Shown: one piece after another, positions 1 to 10,913 of the stretch
Layout: each line of letters starts with the position of its first letter
Numbering within the stretch: the first letter of the stretch is position 1
Origin: an uncultured Planctomycetota bacterium
Lineage (GTDB): Bacteria > Planctomycetota > Planctomycetia > Pirellulales > Lacipirellulaceae
Direction: 5' to 3'
Assembly: GCA_963719315.1 (NCBI GenBank)
Contig: CAVRBU010000004.1
Span: 544,001-608,000, forward strand
DNA: 64,000 bases
Notes under the pieces: generated by a model
What the model was told of the DNA's origin: nothing
Database searches by the model: none
Seen by the model: the letters and a program-made list of their open reading frames with translations, nothing else
Translations under genes and position numbers: made by a program

Positions 1-633
1 GTCAACGACAAGCGAATCACGGAAGAAGTGCCGCTCGTGGCCGGCAACGAGCTGCGCGTCGGCCCGCTCAAGTTTCGTATCGACGTCATCGGCGAGAAGA
101 GCGCGAAGAATTCGGCGCCCAGCACGACCGCTCCCACCGCGCCCAAGGCCAAAGAAGAGGGTAAATCCCGCAAGCACCCTCCCGTAAAGAATGTGGCTGA
201 CGTCGTGCAACGCACGATGAGCATGTCGGACAGCATGACCGAGGATGACGTGTCGCGCTGGTTGCTGGGCGTGACGGATGTCGACGGCCCCGAGACGCTC
301 AAAGAGACGCGCTCGCTAAAAGCCGAGGAGACTCGAACGACGATGACACGAGTCACCAAGCCGGGCGACACGGCGACGGTCGACGACGTCAGCAAATTGG
401 CTCAGGCCGCAGCCGCCGAAAACGAGGAAGAGGTCGAGCCGGGCGGCGAGTCAGCCGACGATGAAGAGTCCGCCGAGGAGGGCAGCGGCGTATGGAGTTG
501 GCTCAAGCGCGGCAAAGGCGGATCGTCCAAGAAAAAACCCGGCAAGCTTCCGCCGCGCACCGACCAGGAGCCCACGAAGGACAGCCGCGAGGCCGCAGCC
601 GACATCCTCCGCGAAATGCAGCGCCGCCGGTAA
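1..633 (+). CDS. FHA domain-containing protein, 5'-partial (starts before window)
   Basis: Frame 1 open from base 1: VNDKRITEEVPLVAGNELRVGPLKFRI resembles the C-terminal strands of an FHA domain, followed by an acidic low-complexity tail. Confidence 0.7.
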   Translation, partial: VNDKRITEEVPLVAGNELRVGPLKFRIDVIGEKSAKNSAPSTTAPTAPKAKEEGKSRKHPPVKNVADVVQRTMSMSDSMTEDDVSRWLLGVTDVDGPETLKETRSLKAEETRTTMTRVTKPGDTATVDDVSKLAQAAAAENEEEVEPGGESADDEESAEEGSGVWSWLKRGKGGSSKKKPGKLPPRTDQEPTKDSREAAADILREMQRRR

Positions 634-807
634 CGGCGTTCTCTCTTTCCCTTGTGCGACGTGCCAGGTACGATGCAGGCAAAGGTGCACCGCGAGTGCG
701 CCCAGCGTGCGTTCGCCAGTTGGAATTTCAACTTAGTCGAGTGCGCCTGGTTGGGACCGCGAACAGGCAAACCAATACTCCGCCGCTAACTTTCAGATCG
801 ACGAACC

Positions 808-1059
808 ATGAGCAACAATCGACGCATCTCCGAACGCCGCGTGGCCGGCCTGCTGGGACTGGCCTTCGACGCCGACGACGGTCACAAACGCATCACCCGC
901 GGCAATAACTTTTTGCTCGCCGGCGGCTCGGAGCAAACTCACGTCTTGATGCGCGACACCATCCTGCGGGTCAACAAAGAACTCGATTCCCGCGGACTCG
1001 AACTGGCCGATGTCTCGGCCGACGAGCTCCGCGACTTGCTCAACGATACCCAATTGTAA
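808..1059 (+). CDS. Small conserved hypothetical protein
   Basis: 83 aa, ATG start, protein-like GLLGLAFDADDGHKRITRGNNFLLAGGSEQTH core. Confidence 0.75.
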   Translation: MSNNRRISERRVAGLLGLAFDADDGHKRITRGNNFLLAGGSEQTHVLMRDTILRVNKELDSRGLELADVSADELRDLLNDTQL

Positions 1060-1090
1060 ATAAAAAGTGCCTCCCGGACGGAAGGCGCTC
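1058..1090 (-). terminator. Probable intrinsic terminator between convergent genes
   Basis: Imperfect hairpin AGTGCCTCCC-GGAC-GGAAGGCGCT preceded on + by AAATAAAAA (U-tract on minus strand). Confidence 0.5.
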
Positions 1091-1165
1091 TGCGAGTGTT
1101 CGTTTGTAGTAGCTGAACTCGCAAGTGTTCAGCCACGCAGCCATCTCATCTGAATCCTTGCGAAT

Positions 1166-1657
1166 TCAGCTACGAGAGGACTTCTGCCGTTGACTCTTGG
1201 TCTGTCCAGGCCGGCAGCTCGGCTGGCATTGGCTTGGCCGATGCGGCCGACATGGCCGTGCTGTGCACGCGCCGGTCGTCGACAGTTTCACGTAGCCGAG
1301 CGAATTGATCACCTCCAACACTTCGCTGCAGGTGGGGAACATGCGGCCACTCTTCCGCTTGTAATCGTCGAGCGCGTTCATGAACTCGACTTCCTGATCA
1401 GTGTAATCGCGTTCGCAGGTGGTCGGGTCGATCTGGCGTCGGCGGTTGACCTTTTTGCGACGTTCGAGGGTCGGGCCGGCCGGCGACGTGCTCTCGGCTG
1501 CGGCCGCTTCACCGGCGCGGCGATCCTTACTGCGGCGATCAATCGTAATCGCCTCGTCGCCCGCTTTGACCGCGGAACGGGTAACCGCTTTTTTCATCGA
1601 GCGGGAAGATGTCGGTCGTTTGCCAGCCGATTTCGTCGCCGTTTTATTTTGAGCCAC
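1166..1657 (-). CDS. Conserved planctomycete-type hypothetical protein (DRR/ERR motifs; [14 protein letters not shown]...[15 protein letters not shown]); C-terminus probably frameshifted near 1275
   Basis: GTG at 1657 with AGGAG upstream; alternate frame after ~1275 reads [32 protein letters not shown]. Confidence 0.7.
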   Translation of the reverse strand: MAQNKTATKSAGKRPTSSRSMKKAVTRSAVKAGDEAITIDRRSKDRRAGEAAAAESTSPAGPTLERRKKVNRRRQIDPTTCERDYTDQEVEFMNALDDYKRKSGRMFPTCSEVLEVINSLGYVKLSTTGACTARPCRPHRPSQCQPSCRPGQTKSQRQKSSRS

Positions 1658-2097
1658 CGTTGGGGATCTCCTGTAGCAGCCGCGAGCCGAGCGGCAGTTC
1701 ATGTTGGGGAGGGATTGCCTGGTGTCCGCTTCGGCTCGGCGGACCCCTCGTGGAAGCGCAATTTGCCGTTGTGGAAAGATGACACCGGGGACGCATGTAG
1801 GCATCGGGAAACGGTCTGCGGGATGTAAAGCAGTCCGGAAAAATGGGCAGTTTGCATAGATATGCCGGATCGTGCGGATTTAACGGGTCCGCGAGACTTT
1901 CCCGCCGTGCTGGCATTCCGCCGACATGTGTGCAGGGTAAGCGGATAAAGCAGATTGCTACGGGCTTCTGAATGCGACAGTTAAACCGCCTTGCACGCTG
2001 CTGCGGCCGTTGATATTCTCCGCCGCCATTGCCCCGGCGGTCCCGAAAACGCTGGCGACCTTTTCACAGCGCTCTTCCCCGTTACGAGTCGCGACCC

Positions 2098-2862
2098 GTG
2101 TCGATCACCTCCTCCAAACCGCGGATTAGATCACTCGCCACCAGCGGGTGGCTGGCGGGGATCGCGCTGTGTCTTGCGGCCGCGAGTGGGTGCAGCAATA
2201 TCCAGTCGCAGGCCGCCAACGTCGAGGGCGTGAAGCTCTACCAACAAGGCAATTACCAGCAGGCATCCGACCGCTTCCAACAAGCGATCGCCCAAAATCC
2301 GAAGTCGCCGGAAGGCTACTACAACCTGGCCGCGTCGCTTCACAAGACGGGCACGCTCTACAATCGCCCGAACGACCTGCAACAGGCCGAGAACCTGTAC
2401 AACCAATGTCTGGAGCGCGATCCGAATCACGCCGAATGTTACCGCGGCCTGGCGGTGCTGCTGAATGAAACCGGCCGGCAACAGGAGGCGTTCAACCTGC
2501 TCAACCATTGGGCCGGCAACGCCCCGAAATCGGCCGATCCGAAGATCGAACTCGCTCGCCTGCTCGAAGAATCCAATCAACCCGAACAGGCCAAGGCCCA
2601 ACTGGTCGACGCGCTCACGATCGACCCCCACAACGCCCGCGCGCTGACCGCGCTGGGCCGCCTCCGCGATCAATCGGGCGATCACATGCAGGCGCTCGCC
2701 AACTACCAGCGTTCGCTCAACGAGAATCGCTTCCAGCCCGAGGTAGCCGCCCGCGTGGCCCAACTGCAAGGGGCCGTCAACGGCGGCGGCGCACCGGCCG
2801 CCATCGCGCCCTCGACCGCGACCCGCACGGCCAACGGCGCGCAGCCGCCGTTGCGGTATTAA
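2098..2862 (+). CDS. Tetratricopeptide-repeat lipoprotein
   Basis: Hydrophobic signal ending AASGC (lipobox-like), several TPR helical repeats; start GTG 2098 is approximate. Confidence 0.85.
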   Translation: MSITSSKPRIRSLATSGWLAGIALCLAAASGCSNIQSQAANVEGVKLYQQGNYQQASDRFQQAIAQNPKSPEGYYNLAASLHKTGTLYNRPNDLQQAENLYNQCLERDPNHAECYRGLAVLLNETGRQQEAFNLLNHWAGNAPKSADPKIELARLLEESNQPEQAKAQLVDALTIDPHNARALTALGRLRDQSGDHMQALANYQRSLNENRFQPEVAARVAQLQGAVNGGGAPAAIAPSTATRTANGAQPPLRY

Positions 2863-2935
2863 TTGCTGCATTTTGCAATCAATCAGCAGCGCATCGGCCC
2901 TGGTTCGACCGCGGCTTGCAGTGTAACCTGCAAGG

Positions 2936-3424
2936 ATGAAACCGTCTGCTTATCTCGAGACAACCATCGTCAGCTATTTACCGGCTTGGCCGAGCCGCGA
3001 CCTCGTGATGGCGGCCAATCAGGAAACGACTCGCGAATGGTGGAGCACGCGCAAAGAAGAGTTTGATCTTTACATTTCCCAGCCCGTGATCGAAGAGTCC
3101 AACGCGGGAGACGCCGACGCGGCTGCTCGCCGCTGGGATATTCTCCAGCACTTTCCGAGACTGACGATTGCCGAAAAAGTCGAGGAGCTCGCCGGTTTAG
3201 TCATTGCCGACGTTCCCCTGCCAGCAAAGGCGCAAACCAACGCGCTTCACATTGCCGCCGCTGCCGTCCATGCTATGAATTACTTGTTGACCTGGAATTG
3301 TGCGCACATCGCCAATGCAACCCTCCGACCTCGAATAGAAGCGATTTGCCGTGGAGCGGGTTACGAGCCGCCCGTGATCTGCACACCGCTGGAACTCTTG
3401 GGGAGAGAAACCAATGTCACGTGA
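2936..3424 (+). CDS. PIN-domain (VapC-like) toxin
   Basis: YLETTIVSYL...ALHIAAA...YLLTWNCAHIAN...PVICTPLEL motifs. Confidence 0.85.
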   Translation: MKPSAYLETTIVSYLPAWPSRDLVMAANQETTREWWSTRKEEFDLYISQPVIEESNAGDADAAARRWDILQHFPRLTIAEKVEELAGLVIADVPLPAKAQTNALHIAAAAVHAMNYLLTWNCAHIANATLRPRIEAICRGAGYEPPVICTPLELLGRETNVT

Positions 3425-3623
3425 CTCAATCGTCGACGAAGTTCGCAAGGCGCGAGATGAGTACGCGCGAAAATTTAACTACGATCTGCACGCGATCTGC
3501 GAGGATCTGCGCAGGAAGGAAAAGGAGTCCGGCGCGGTTGTCGTGACGCTCCCCAAGCGGACGCCCATCTCGACGGCCCTTGGCGTCGATGCTGCTCGGA
3601 CACAGTCCCCCGCCCAACGTTAG
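3414..3623 (+). CDS. Small partner (putative antitoxin) of the PIN protein
   Basis: 69 aa, overlaps PIN stop; DSIVDEVRKARDEYARKFNYDL motif typical of partners of this PIN subfamily. Confidence 0.75.
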   Translation: MSRDSIVDEVRKARDEYARKFNYDLHAICEDLRRKEKESGAVVVTLPKRTPISTALGVDAARTQSPAQR

Positions 3624-6600
3624 CGGCTCACTCCGCTCATCATGGCCTCAAACGCCACATCCAGCGCGCCGAACGCAGCATCCGCTTCAGCGTGAGCGTT
3701 TACGCGGCCGTCGCCTTGGATCGTGTCCATCACTTCTTTTCCGCGACCGTCACCGCGCGCGTCGAGCCACGCCACCAACGCATCATCGCGCCGGTTCCCC
3801 TCTCCCCTTGGGAGAGGGCTAGGATGAGGGGCTATCGAACGGGCGCCACGGCTGGCTGGCCCAGCAATGCCAAATGCCGCGACTGTTGGCACAGGTTGTG
3901 CGCGGGTCTCCAGATCCAGCGCGTTGAACGCCGCATCAACCCCCGGCAGAGCCGAGGGCTGCTGCGCGGATTGCACACCTTGAGCTTCGGCGAAGAACGC
4001 GGCACCCGCACTGGACGACACGCCTCCCACGCTGCCACTCGTACCTTCCGCACTCCCCACCCCCCCTTCCACACTCGCGCCGGTTCCTGGTCCGAGCACC
4101 TGTCCGAAATGCGCCCGCCACACACTGTAATCGGCCTGATTGATCGTGCCGTCGCCGTTGCCGTCGGCGCCGCTGTAAGAAGAAACGCTGTTCCCTAGCG
4201 TTTTCCGCCAGAGGATGTAATCGGACGCACCTACGACACCATCCTCCGCGTAGTCTCCGCTGGCGGACGGCGGGGGCGGTTGCAGCTCGAACGCGCCGAT
4301 ATCGACGATGGCGCCGCCGACTCCATCGCCGTCGATAATTCGCGCAAACGGATCACCCCGTTGATCAACGCTTGGAATTGCGATGTAAGTCGGGCTGCCC
4401 GTATCAATGGCCGGGCTGCCGGGCAACAGGGCATGGGTCTTTGTCGGTCCCAGATTGTCGGCCAGCGGGCCAAGCAAGGGGTTGATGGGGGAGCCGGCCG
4501 TGCCGATTTGATTACCGCCGTTGTTAGTAATCGACGCGCCGGTGCTGTCGCCAATGATGCTGAACGTGGCGGTCACTGGCCCCGAGATGTCGCGGGACGA
4601 TGCCACGCTCGTATTGCCGGCGACGATCGTGTGGCTCATCGTCAGTGTGCCACCGAATACGTTGACGCCACCGCCGGCAACGCTGCCGAAGTTATTGGTG
4701 ATCGTGCTAGAGTCGATTTTCGACGTGCTGAAGTAGCTCAAAACGCCGCCGCCCGACCCGGAAGTGTTGCCGCTGATGGTGCTATCGAAGACATACATCG
4801 TCGCATTCACAACTTCAATGCCGCCGCCGTTGCTGTTGGGGGACTGATTTCCGGATATCGTGCAGTTAAGCACCCTCAAGTAGCCGTATTTTTCCAGCAA
4901 ACCGCCGCCGTAGGAGGCGGTGTTGCCGCTGATGGTGCTGTAGGAGATGCCAAATTGCGCGTCGCGGTTGTAGACTCCGCCGCCACTGAGGGCCACGTTT
5001 CCGCTGATTGTGCTGCGAGTTACGGACCAACTGCTGGAGCCGGTGTGAAACAGCCCGCCGCCATAGGTCGCCGTATTGTCGCTCACCGTACTCCCGGATA
5101 CAGATAAAACGTTTCCATTAACACTGGAAATGCCGCCACCCTGGTTGGCAAAGTTGCCACTGATGGTGCTTCCCGTAACGGTCAAGTTGCTTGCCTGTCC
5201 GCCGCGGATGCCGCCGCCCGATGAAATCGCCGCATTGTCGATAATCGTGCAGTCGGCGACTGTAAGATGTTCCTCAGTGCGAATCGCTCCGCCGGCGCCG
5301 CTGACATCGCCGCCAGTAAGCGTCAGGCCGCTCAGCGAGACCGTAATGAATGTGCTGCTGATTCCGTCATCGATGCTAAGCACACGGCTGCCGTCGAGGT
5401 TCTTCGTATTGGGCGTGGGGTCATTGCCCGAGGCGTCGATCGTCAACAGGCTTGCGCCGAGGCCCGTGATCGTAAGCGAGTCATTGATTAGTAACTCTCC
5501 GAGTTTCAGCAGAATCGTACCATTTGTCAGCGAGGGACTAAATGTGATCGTATCGGCTCCCACGCTGCCGTTCGCTAGCAAGATTGCCTCGCGCAGCGAG
5601 AGATCGCCCGCGCCGTAGTTAACGTCATTTTCATCGACGAGCGTATCGACAACAAGGTTCAATCCGGACACGGCTTGGCGTTCGTAGGAGCCGATATCAA
5701 TCCGCGCGCCGCCCACGCCGTCGTTGTCGAAGACGCGCACGAACGGCGCGCTGCGCTGATCGTTGGCCGGAGGGCCGACGAACGCCGGGTTGCCTGCATC
5801 CAGCGCCGGACTGCCAGCGCGTAGGGCGTGGGTCATTGTCGGCCCGCCGTTATAGGCCAGCGGGAAGAGCAGCGGATTGGTGATGCCCGTTTGATCGCCC
5901 GGCTGGTTAAAATTGCCCGTCGCGTTTCCAGTTCCGATGAGGTTGTAGCCGTGCGATAGAAACGTATTGATGCCACCCGACCCGCTGCTCGTGAAATTCA
6001 CATCGCCGCCGGCATTGCCGGCAATGATCGTCGAGGTAACTTCCGTCCGCGTGTAGAAGGCGCTACCCTGAGACGATACACCGCCGCCCTCCGAAGTCGA
6101 CGAAGTGTTGTTCGTGATCGTGCTGCTACTAATCACCGCGAGTCCGGCGCCGATCTCCAGCCCGCCGCCACGATGCGCAGCCGTGTTTCCGCTAATCGTG
6201 CTGTTGGAGATGGTGATTTGCGGTGCGCTGGGATTGTAGTTATGGAAATAGATACCGCCGCCACTACCACTCGTCGAGTTTCCGCTAATCGTGCTATTGG
6301 TGATCGACAGACTTCCGGCATACGTGTGATTGATTCCCCCACCGCTGCCAACACTGAAGTTGTCGCGAATCGTAACGCCGCTAATCGTCAAGTTCGCTTC
6401 ATTGAAAATCGCACCGCCAGTACCGTCATAGAAATCAGAATCACCGCCGGTCATCGTCAGGCCGCTGATCGTCGCGTCGAAGAGCCCTCCGCGAGTTTCG
6501 ATCCTGAACACCTGACCGCCGTCGCCGTTGTTCGTGCTTGGCGTCGGGTCGCTTCCCGAGGCGTCGATCGTCAACAAATCCGCGCCCGGGCCGTTGACCC

Positions 6601-8430
6601 ACACGGGGTCCGTGATCGAGAGCGCACCGTGCGTAAGTACGATCGTTCCGCCGATGAGCGAACCATGAAAATTGATTGTTTCGGAGATGCCCACATTCCC
6701 ATTGGCTAAACCGAGCGCTTCGCGGAGCGACAAGTCACCGGCGCTGTAGTTGCCGTCATTTTCATCGGCCAGGATATCAACGACGAGCGTTTGTGGCCCG
6801 CCGAGGGTCTGCCGCTCTTGGGCGCCGACGTTCATCCGGCGCCTCCGATGCCGCCGCCATTGAAAACGCGCACAAACGGGGCGCCGCGCTGATCATATTC
6901 GGCCGGATCAAATGGGATCGAAGGGTCGCCCGCGTCGATCGCAGGATTGCCGGGCAACAGGGTGTGAGTCTGCGTAGGCCCACCATTGTCCGCTAATGGG
7001 CCCAGGGTCGCCAGAAAATTGGCGACCAGAGTTTGGTCACCCGTTTTATTAAATGCTCCAACCGCGTTGCCCTTGCCAATCACGTTGTAGCCAGTCGAGC
7101 TGAAGGAGTTGAATCCGCCGCCGACAATCGACACATCTTCGCCGAGGGCAAAGAGATTCCCGGCTATGATGCTAGAATAGACCGATGTAAGCGTCGAGGC
7201 ATTAGCTTGCGAAGTCACTCCCCCACCGGCAGTCAGCCCGCCAGCTACGTTTAACACGATCGTGCTGTTTTGAATCACGGTTGAGCCGCTGACATTCATC
7301 ACACCGCCGCCACCCGCAGTGCCCAAGGCGATGTTTCGGGAAACCGTCGAGGATAAGAGCTGGGTGATTTGGCCGGTGGACAATGTTGTTTGACTAAAGA
7401 CCCCGCCCCCCTTGAGCTGTGCCTGGTTATTGCTGATGGTGCTGCGGCTGGCCGTGAATTGGCCATAGTAGTTGAAGACGCCGCCGCCACTGCCGCTCGC
7501 CTTGTTGCTGTCGATCGTGCTCGTAGTCACGAACACATGGCTGGCACGAGTCCAAATTCCCGCGCCGGCAACTGCGGTGTTCCCGCTGATCGTACTGCCA
7601 GTGACGGTCGTCAACGCGTCGAAATAGGTCAGAATCCCGCCGCCGGCGCCACCGCCCGAGTTAACCCAGATCTTACTGTTCGTAACATTAAGCGTGCCGA
7701 AATTGTTTTGAATGCCGCCGCCGTTGCCGGATACCGAATTGCCGCTGATCGTGCTGTTGGCGACGTTCAGGGTACCATTTCCATTGAACAGGCCGCCGCC
7801 AAACCCGGCAACATTGTTGCTCACGGTAGTGTCATTCACCGTGAGAACCGCGCTGGCCCCCAGGTTGTACAGCCCGCCGCCGGCAGTCGATGCATTGCCC
7901 GTGACAACGCTCGAGTTGAGCGTCAGGTTTTCCACGTTACGGATCGCGCCGCCGGGGCCCGCAACGTCGCCGTTCGCGAGCGTCAAGCCACTGATCGCGA
8001 CCGTGCGAACGGTCGCAGTGCTATCGTCCACGTTGAATATCCGGCTGCCGTCGCCGTTGTTGCTGGCCGGCGTGGGATCGAATGCATTGATGGTTAGCAG
8101 GTTGGCGCCGGGGCCATTGATCGTGAGATTCTTGTTGATCAGGATTTGCCCCAGGTTCGTCAGGTTGATCGTGCCGGTAACCGAAAAGTCGATCGTGTCG
8201 CCCGCCGCAGCGGCGGCGACCGCTTCGCGCAGCGTGGTCAGGCCATCAACCGGATTGTTGACGTCGATCAACGTGTTGACGGTAATCGACAGCAGCCGCC
8301 GGTCTTCCAGCGGTTCAAATCGTAGCCGCCGCTCGAGTAATAATGAGCGGTTTGCGGTCCGCCGTTTCGTTGCTTGTTGGCCAAGCCGAATGGTGGCCAT
8401 TGTCCGACTGTGGCGCGTGCGTCGAGACAT
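3620..8430 (-). CDS. Large exported protein (~1600 aa) with CSLREA / choice-of-anchor Q beta-helix modules and dockerin-like C-terminal domain; one gene split by a 1-nt frameshift at ~6838
   Basis: RRLRFEPLEDRRLLS export motif, TLREA/SLREA, repeated STISGN, LGPLADNGGPTQTH; junction reads GGA-[R]-MNVGAQERQ matching internal GGARIDIGSYERQ; ADGNGDGTINQADYSVWRAHFG. Confidence 0.85.
3797..3831. repeat. CCCTCTCCC-type REP-like palindrome inside coding sequence (translates as PHPSPLPRGEG)
   Basis: Perfect 9-bp stem CCCTCTCCC-CTT-GGGAGAGGG; similar intergenic copies at 54126 and 58929. Confidence 0.7.
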
Positions 8431-8478
8431 GTTCCGTCCCCTCCCTCACTCACTGGGCCAACAAAAGAAACGCCCCCC

Positions 8479-8506
8479 AATATATCACCGCCCGAATGGC
8501 GAGCAA
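8479..8506 (-). promoter_or_regulatory. Putative sigma70 promoter of the 3620..8430 gene
   Basis: TTGCTC-N16-TATATT with TG extension on minus strand; shares GATTTTTCTTGC context with 10751..10779. Confidence 0.45.
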
Positions 8507-8626
8507 GAAAAATCCGCTGGCCGGCAGAAAATCGTGAAATTGAACAGCGGCAGCACACCACCAGTTTCGCCAACCGGTGCGGCGCAGCCGCAAGCAGCGC
8601 TGGCCGGAATTATCGACGATTCTAGA

Positions 8627-10708
8627 CTAAAGAGCTTCGATCGCGTCGAACGCCGTGTCGATCGTGCTGAACGCTTCCTCCGCCGCGCCGCCGCCTTTCT
8701 CGTCGTGCATGTCCGCCCGCGTCTCCACGGTTTTGCCGACGCGGCCAGCGGTGCGCGAGTTCAACCACGCCACCAGCGCATCATCGCGCCGTTCTATCGC
8801 TCCCCTAAGCAGCAGGCTAGCGTGAGGGCCCATCGAACGGGCATCACGGCTGGCTGGCCCAGCAGTGCCGAATGCCGCGACTGTTGGCACAAGTTGCGCG
8901 CCGGTCTCCCGACCCCGCGCGTCGAACGCCGCATCAACCCCCAGCAGAGCCGAGGGCTGTTGCGCGGATTGCACACCTTGACCTTCGGCGAAGAACGCGG
9001 CGCCCGCACCGGACGACACGCCTCCCACACCGCCACTCGCTCCTTCCCCACTCACTCCGCTCCCTGCTCCTACCGTCTGCCCGAAGTGCGCCCGCCACAC
9101 GCCGTAATCGTCCTGATCCACCATGCCGTCGCCATCACCATCGGCGCCAGAGTACGCCGGTACGCCCGTTGTGCCGAGTGTTTTTCGCCACAATACGAAG
9201 TCGGCGGCGTCGACCACGTTGTTCTGGTTGTAATCAGCCGGCAGCGCCGGCCCAACCGGCTCCCACTCGAACGCGCCGATATCGATCCGCGCACCGGGCA
9301 CGGCGTCGCCGTTGTACACGCGCGTATACGGCGTGCCGCGCTGGTCATACAGCGGCACTCCGCCGGCGCCCGCGACAGCCGACGCGTTCCCAGCGTCGAT
9401 CGCCGGGCTGCCGGCCAATAGCGCGTGCGTCATGGTTGGCCCACTATTATTGGCCAGGGGGCCCAGCAGCGGATTGATGGGTGCGGCGGCCGTCCCAATT
9501 TGATTCCCGCCCTGATTGTTGATCGTCGCCCCGGTGCTATCGCCAATCAGGCTGTATTGTAGCTCGATCGGTCCGGACGCATCGCTCCGAGTCGATGCGC
9601 CGCGGGTGTTACTCGCGATTATCGTGTGGCGATACGCTTCGGTTCCCGTGCCAACGTCGATAATGCCGCCGCCAAGGCCATTCCCATTGTTGTCCGAGTC
9701 TGCCCGGTTCGCGGTAATCGTGGTGTGAGTAACCGTGACATCGCCGTGATCGACGTAGATTCCGCCGCCGTCGCTCTTCGCCTGGTTGCCGCTGATCGTG
9801 CTATTGGTCACGTTCAATGTGCCGTAGCCATTGCTGATGCCGCCACCTGCGTCCGCCGTATTGCCGTTGATCGTGCTCGAGGTGACGGTCACTGTGGTGG
9901 CATCGGCGAAGATTCCACCCCCGTCCCCGGCGGCCGAGTTGCCGCTGATCGTGCTCGAGGAGACGGTCACCGGGCATTTTTCGCTATAAATTCCCCCGCC
10001 ATCGGCGCTCGTCGCCGAGTTGCCGCTGATCGTGCTGCCAGTCACGATCAGCGTGCCTTTGACGCAGTAGATACCTCCGCCGTACTTCGCTGTATTGCCG
10101 CTGACCGTGCTGCCTGTAACCACGAGGTTATGATTGGCGCTATAGATTCCGCCGCCATTGCCGGTGGCCGCATTGCCGCTGATCGTGCTATTGGTCACCG
10201 TCAGGTTTTCCAAATTCCGAATCGCCCCGCCATTCCCCGAAGCATCGCCGCCGGCGAGCGTCAGGCCGGAGATGGAAACCGTCTTCGTGGAGGAGGAACT
10301 GCCGTCATCGACATTGAACACCCGGCTGCCGTTGCCGGCCGCTGGGCTCGGATTGTAGGCCTGAATCGTCAACAGATTCGCGCCGGGGCCGGTGATCGTG
10401 AGGTTCTTGTTGATCGTCAACTGGCCAAGCGACGTCAGGTTGATCGTTCCGGTAACCGAAAAGTTGATGGTGTCATTTGCCGCGGCCGCCGCGATCGCCT
10501 CGCGCAGCGTTGTCAGGCCATCGCCCGCGTTGTTGACGTCGATCAGCGTATTGACCGTGATGGAGAGCAGCCGCCGGTCTTCAAGCGGCTCGATCTGTAA
10601 TCGACGGCGATACGGCAACAAACCGGTTAGCGATCGGTGCGTTGTCGCTGAGCGACGAAAGAATTGAATACCCCGATGAATCCTGCCAAGGTGTGATTTT
10701 CGGAACAT
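8627..10708 (-). CDS. Paralogous CSLREA / choice-of-anchor Q exported protein with dockerin-like domain (693 aa)
   Basis: RRRLQIEPLEDRRLLSITVNTLIDVNN, TTLREA, STISGN repeats, ADYNQNNVVDAADFVLWRK. Confidence 0.9.
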   Translation of the reverse strand: MFRKSHLGRIHRGIQFFRRSATTHRSLTGLLPYRRRLQIEPLEDRRLLSITVNTLIDVNNAGDGLTTLREAIAAAAANDTINFSVTGTINLTSLGQLTINKNLTITGPGANLLTIQAYNPSPAAGNGSRVFNVDDGSSSSTKTVSISGLTLAGGDASGNGGAIRNLENLTVTNSTISGNAATGNGGGIYSANHNLVVTGSTVSGNTAKYGGGIYCVKGTLIVTGSTISGNSATSADGGGIYSEKCPVTVSSSTISGNSAAGDGGGIFADATTVTVTSSTINGNTADAGGGISNGYGTLNVTNSTISGNQAKSDGGGIYVDHGDVTVTHTTITANRADSDNNGNGLGGGIIDVGTGTEAYRHTIIASNTRGASTRSDASGPIELQYSLIGDSTGATINNQGGNQIGTAAAPINPLLGPLANNSGPTMTHALLAGSPAIDAGNASAVAGAGGVPLYDQRGTPYTRVYNGDAVPGARIDIGAFEWEPVGPALPADYNQNNVVDAADFVLWRKTLGTTGVPAYSGADGDGDGMVDQDDYGVWRAHFGQTVGAGSGVSGEGASGGVGGVSSGAGAAFFAEGQGVQSAQQPSALLGVDAAFDARGRETGAQLVPTVAAFGTAGPASRDARSMGPHASLLLRGAIERRDDALVAWLNSRTAGRVGKTVETRADMHDEKGGGAAEEAFSTIDTAFDAIEAL

Positions 10709-10750
10709 TCTCCAGTCCTCGCAAATCCCTCAATCTATGCACTCGGTCAC

Positions 10751-10779
10751 AGCTTAATTGCCCATCGAGAAGATTGCAA
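10751..10779 (-). promoter_or_regulatory. Putative sigma70 promoter of the 8627..10708 gene
   Basis: TTGCAA-N17-TAAGCT on minus strand ~40 nt upstream of ATG. Confidence 0.5.
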
Positions 10780-10913
10780 GAAAAAATCTGGAATTTAATC
10801 GGCTATCTCAATCGGCCCTTCGCTGCCGACCCGCTGCCGAGCCGAGGGCTGCCATCGCGCTGATTCCGGGTCGGCTACCGCTGCGTGAAATAATGTGTCA
10901 GGCATTGCCTGAC

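Noticed and set aside
6820..6850. Two separate genes or a programmed frameshift
   Set aside because: One added base restores the internal module motif; no slippery heptamer; many similar indels across the window suggest sequencing error.
7712..9421. Long antisense ORFs (also 23069-24382, 36620-38182, 52849-54246)
   Set aside because: Shadows of well-supported genes on the opposite strand in GC-rich DNA; no protein motifs.
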